Shown here: positions 59,858 to 64,000 of the stretch, one piece after another
Layout of the letters: each line of letters opens with the position of its first letter
How positions within the stretch are numbered: the stretch's first letter is position 1
From: Hormiphora californensis
Lineage: Eukaryota > Animalia > Ctenophora
Reading direction: 5' to 3'
Assembly (NCBI GenBank): GCA_020137815.1
Contig: CM035360.1
Span: 1,674,001-1,738,000, forward strand
Length of the DNA: 64,000 bases
Translations under genes and position numbers: made by a program
Notes under the pieces: model-generated
Databases searched by the model: none
What the model was told of the DNA's origin: nothing
What the model saw: the letters and a program-made list of their open reading frames with translations, nothing else

Positions 59858-60053
59858 CAATGTCGGTTCAGTAGATGGTATCCCCAATTAGATGTGACAG
59901 AATTTTCAGCAACAAAAGCAATTAAACAGTAGACACAGTTCACAGATGCGTTGTGGTATTTAACAATGAATCAAGTAGCCATGGAGAGGCGAGGCTGATG
60001 TTTCATTGGTCCAAATATGCATCTATCTCTTTTTCTCTGTCTCTCTCTGTCTC

Positions 60054-60175
<122 letters not shown>

Positions 60176-63100
60176 TGCACACTTGGGTACAGGAAATGCA
60201 TTGCACACAATTTTGGAGTTCACTTCCGCGTTTACGATTCTTCTCTCCTCTAACTGCCGCCTCCTAGAGCACTGTGCAACAACTGACATGTCTCTCTTTT
60301 ATCCGATCTCCTTCCACTTAGTTTCAGTAGTCATGACACCAAACCAGCTGCAACTCCAATCTCTCCCAATTCCCACATTTGTTCCTTTTCTCCCACCTCT
60401 TTTCCTCCCATCTCTTTTCCTCCCATCTCTCTTCCTCATATATGTCGTTCTTTCTCCCGGACATCTTTCTTCGTCTCTCCCACCTCTCTTTCTAGAAATA
60501 TCCATAGCCCAACAATTGGTACTTCTAATAATATGCGATTGAATTAGGCGGTGATCAAAGAAGAGATCACTAACGAGCACCGACAAAGCCTAATACGTAC
60601 ATGTTGAGGTAATGACAAGTTATTAGATTGGGAACGTACAAAGCAGAGATCAGTCTGACAAGATGATGTTACTGAGATAGCAGAGCCTAATTAGTAGGTA
60701 ATGACAAGTTAGGAATGTATGGATCTAAATAATGAATGTCAAAGAAACGGACTTGTGGATGCCATCTTTCAGTGCGTAAAGTAATAAATTCTAATTATTA
60801 GTGGATCAATCATGTTCATCCTAACTCCTGAAAGATCTCAATTTACTACTTACGGAACGGCGATCTTCGGAGAGAATGGACAGTCTACGAGAACGATCCA
60901 TAGTTTGTGAAATGTATACAGAAGGAAAGAAGTCTTAAACAAAAGCAGTTTATACACAGCAAACAAGTGAAATAGGATTAGCATACGGTGGGCAGTGGCG
61001 TGTAAAACCATACATTTCCCTGCAGTTGGCATGTATTGCCCTTAACTTAAACATTAACTTCGGATCCAATCTATATGCTGAATTTTCAGATGTACCCCCA
61101 ATATATATCTGTAATATGTATCAAAATCTGTAAAACTGAAATCTGATTACCTTTTGAATGTGTTTTGGTCGACGGAAAAACTTCATTCGTGATTGAAAAG
61201 TTAAAGGAGTAGCATCTGGTAAGCGAAGTATACGGACCTTCGTTTAAATCAGACAGTGCAGGACAGGATTTAGAACAAATTCCATTCACTAAAGTGTGAA
61301 AGAGACAATACCAAAAACATGCATAAAGAATAGGGCCATGTCTAGTACATGGGCCAAAAGTGGCCAGGATAAGATATATTCCTCCCCAACCATAACAGCT
61401 AAGAACTAAGGTCGGCTGTTTTCTGTTTGTCCCATATTATGACGACACGGGCAATTTCCTTGCAGACGTTTGGTTCATCTGTGAATATTTTTGGGCATGA
61501 TAATATAGCCAAGAATAGCGATAAGATATATCGTGATCAGTTAAAAGAAAGAGAGTAGATAAAATATCTGTAGCTAAGAGGAACGTTTATCAGGTGTAAA
61601 GTTTCCACGTGCTCCCTCAATTCTAAAAATAGCCCCATGCTTAACTGGTTCAAGTCACCCCCATCTCGAGAGAAAGACAGAGAGCTCTCTACTCTACTCC
61701 TAAACTGTTAGAGAAACGAACCAGCCGGTGAGAGTATCTGATCCTGGAGGCTGTTGTTCTGAATCTGTGGCCTGCACTTCCTGGAGACTTCCTCATGATA
61801 CTTCCGAAGTTGGTAAATTGGAGAGGGTCAAATACTAGCTCGGGAGACTCAATTATGTAGTTAAAATGGACCATCTTTTTTTGCTCTCTACATTCTTTTA
61901 TAGTAAAACAACAAGTTTATGTAGATTAGGTGTAGATGAGGATTTAGTTAAAACAGGAACAGGGGAGCTATGGTGAGCATAGTATGCCCATGAAAAATTC
62001 AAAAGTCTGAAAATTTAAGACGGTGAACTCTTGAGTTTGGCACATTTAATCCCACAGCAAAGAAGCCCATGTTGAATAGTAATGCTAAATTCAAATATCA
62101 AATGATGAGAAAGTATTTTGCGATAAAATCAATTAAACTAATCTTAATGTTAAAGTTAAAAACGTGTTCTTACCCGTGGTAGTGGCATTTCAGCTGAAAC
62201 AAAATACGATGTGAATCTATGAAACAAGTAAATCAAATCTGAAGACACCAAGGCCGGGTACAGTTCTGAATATGAAATGCCTTCACTAATTGCAACATCT
62301 AATATTCGTGTGGCAATCTTGTAAACGCTCTTTCTTTCTAGTCGTGTGTCTTTCTTTTGGCACGCATTTCCCACTTCTCCTTCTCTCTAATTTGTCCGGC
62401 GCTGTCTAAATGTCGGCTTTTACTAGATTGGGTTTAGGGAGGGTGTGAATTTAATTGAGATTTTAAGAGAGAAACAACGGGGGGAACAACCAATCCAGTC
62501 TTGAACGAGCATTTCTACAGAACGATGATTTCAGTAACCCTGACTGCTTCTCTCGCTAGTTAAAGTAACGATCTCACTTACCCTAGCTGCCTTTCTCTCA
62601 CTAGTTAAAGTAATGATCTCACTTACCCTTGCTGCCTCCTGCCTGTCCAGGGCAGATCTGCGGTAGGCACGGTTATTGAAAAACGCTCGAACAGACTCCA
62701 TAACAGCTCACTTCATGTTACCTAGATGCAAACTGCAGATCAAGCTGGGAGTTGAGTATAAGCAGATCAAAAGAAAGGTCTTTACCAAGAGGATCAAATA
62801 CTATTTTACTAAATTTAGTAAAGTTTAGCTAAACTAAAACAATAAATTTCCTACTCAGAATTCCATGTGTGTACACTGTTATACATGTGCAGTGTGTTAG
62901 GAAGGGGACACATAATCATTGAAGACGAATCATCCAGTGCAGCTCTCAGTAGGGTTATATAGCATCACAAAAAGATGGTCCGACTCTTTGTGTACTGCAC
63001 AATTATCGTTTACTTGCTATCTTGGCAGCAACATGATCATGGTCTAGCAAGAAAGGATCTCTATTTTCCCTGCTGGTGCGGTTTGCTAATGGCTGATAAC

Positions 63101-64000
63101 GTTGAGAATAGCAGATACACGCGACTGAGGTTGAGACCACATGGTAGCTCTAAGTCACGTCAGCACGTTTTTTTGCAAAACAAAAGCTAATTTTGGGTTT
63201 TGTGGGCATTTCGGTTGATGATAGAAAGCATGTTGTTAAAGCCAAAATTCAAATTCCATTATGAAATTATGATTATGTGTCAACTGATCTTAGCGCAATC
63301 ACCAGAACTAGGACCGCAAAAGGCCCAACGAAATATTATTTGGTAATTTGGAAACAAAATACAGACGATCTGCTGAGACAACAAAAATATCAAACCTGCA
63401 GTGGTCATGAAACGCTGGGTGGCCAGGAATCAGCTGATGATTGGTATTGAAATATTGAAAGTATAGTGGAGCTTATCAAACTAGAAGTCACTTGAACAAC
63501 AACAAACCTGCGGAATGTGGAGAGGTTCCTGATCCACAAAGGCATCATCCTCTCCATCATTATAATCAATATACTTGTTCTCATCAACCTCAGATGTGGA
63601 GGGAGGTTTCTGTCCTTCCACGTAAAACTTACCCGGGTCTCTCTGACTGATACTGAATCTCCGGAACGACATGTGTAAAACTAGTTGGGGAGACATGTAA
63701 AACTATAGTTTGAGAGATGGAGTGTGGTGCATATAAAGCAAGGGAGATTGTTCTACGATCAATGTAATCACAACAAGAGGTCCATTACAACAAGTAGTAT
63801 TAACCCCCTCGATATAGCTACTGCATCCCTCATCCAATCTTCCGCATACTACAGAGGATGTTCTATAACAATATGCGTTTTCGGAAAATTACTATTGACG
63901 AGAACACAAACCACAAGGGGCATCAGGTATGATGAGAAGTCGCAAAGAAACTTGGACTCAGGGTGAATGTGAATCAATTTCGTCATATAAGCCCTATTAT

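Noticed and set aside
60850-63700. Scattered minus-strand exon-like blocks with GTAAG donors
   Set aside because: No consistent reading frame or recognisable protein could be assembled by eye

Overview
Gene-dense animal genomic DNA with small GT-AG introns, many (CT)n/(TCTG)n tracts and MITEs. A recurrent ~110-bp CAGGAACCGAC MITE that I recall from Pleurobrachia suggests a ctenophore; this is inference, not verified. About 40-1670 and 29830-33430 are homopolymer-inflated, unusable sequence. The window holds a near full-length L2-clade LINE (4245-9733), followed by seven head-to-tail + strand genes separated by only ~130-440 nt: a PRORP-like NYN nuclease, NPM1, CHID1, NOC3L, CCDC174, MLYCD and an MBD+LRR gene. 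The introns of the MBD+LRR gene host an antisense Asp-rich secreted-protein gene and two GPCR genes, and each GPCR lies directly behind a ~0.9-1 kb foldback palindrome. A calbindin/secretagogin-like gene lies on the minus strand. Best leads: (1) a divergent, apparently PPR-less or decaying PRORP; (2) an operon-like cluster with unpaired splice acceptors just before each ATG; (3) an in-frame A_AAA_AAC -1 frameshift site joining LINE ORF1 to an ATG-less ORF2; (4) repeated amplification of splice sites into minisatellites, including a ~45-unit array of GT...CTAAC...YAG micro-intron-like units; (5) the foldback-GPCR pairs. Several single-base indels in ORFs may be assembly errors.
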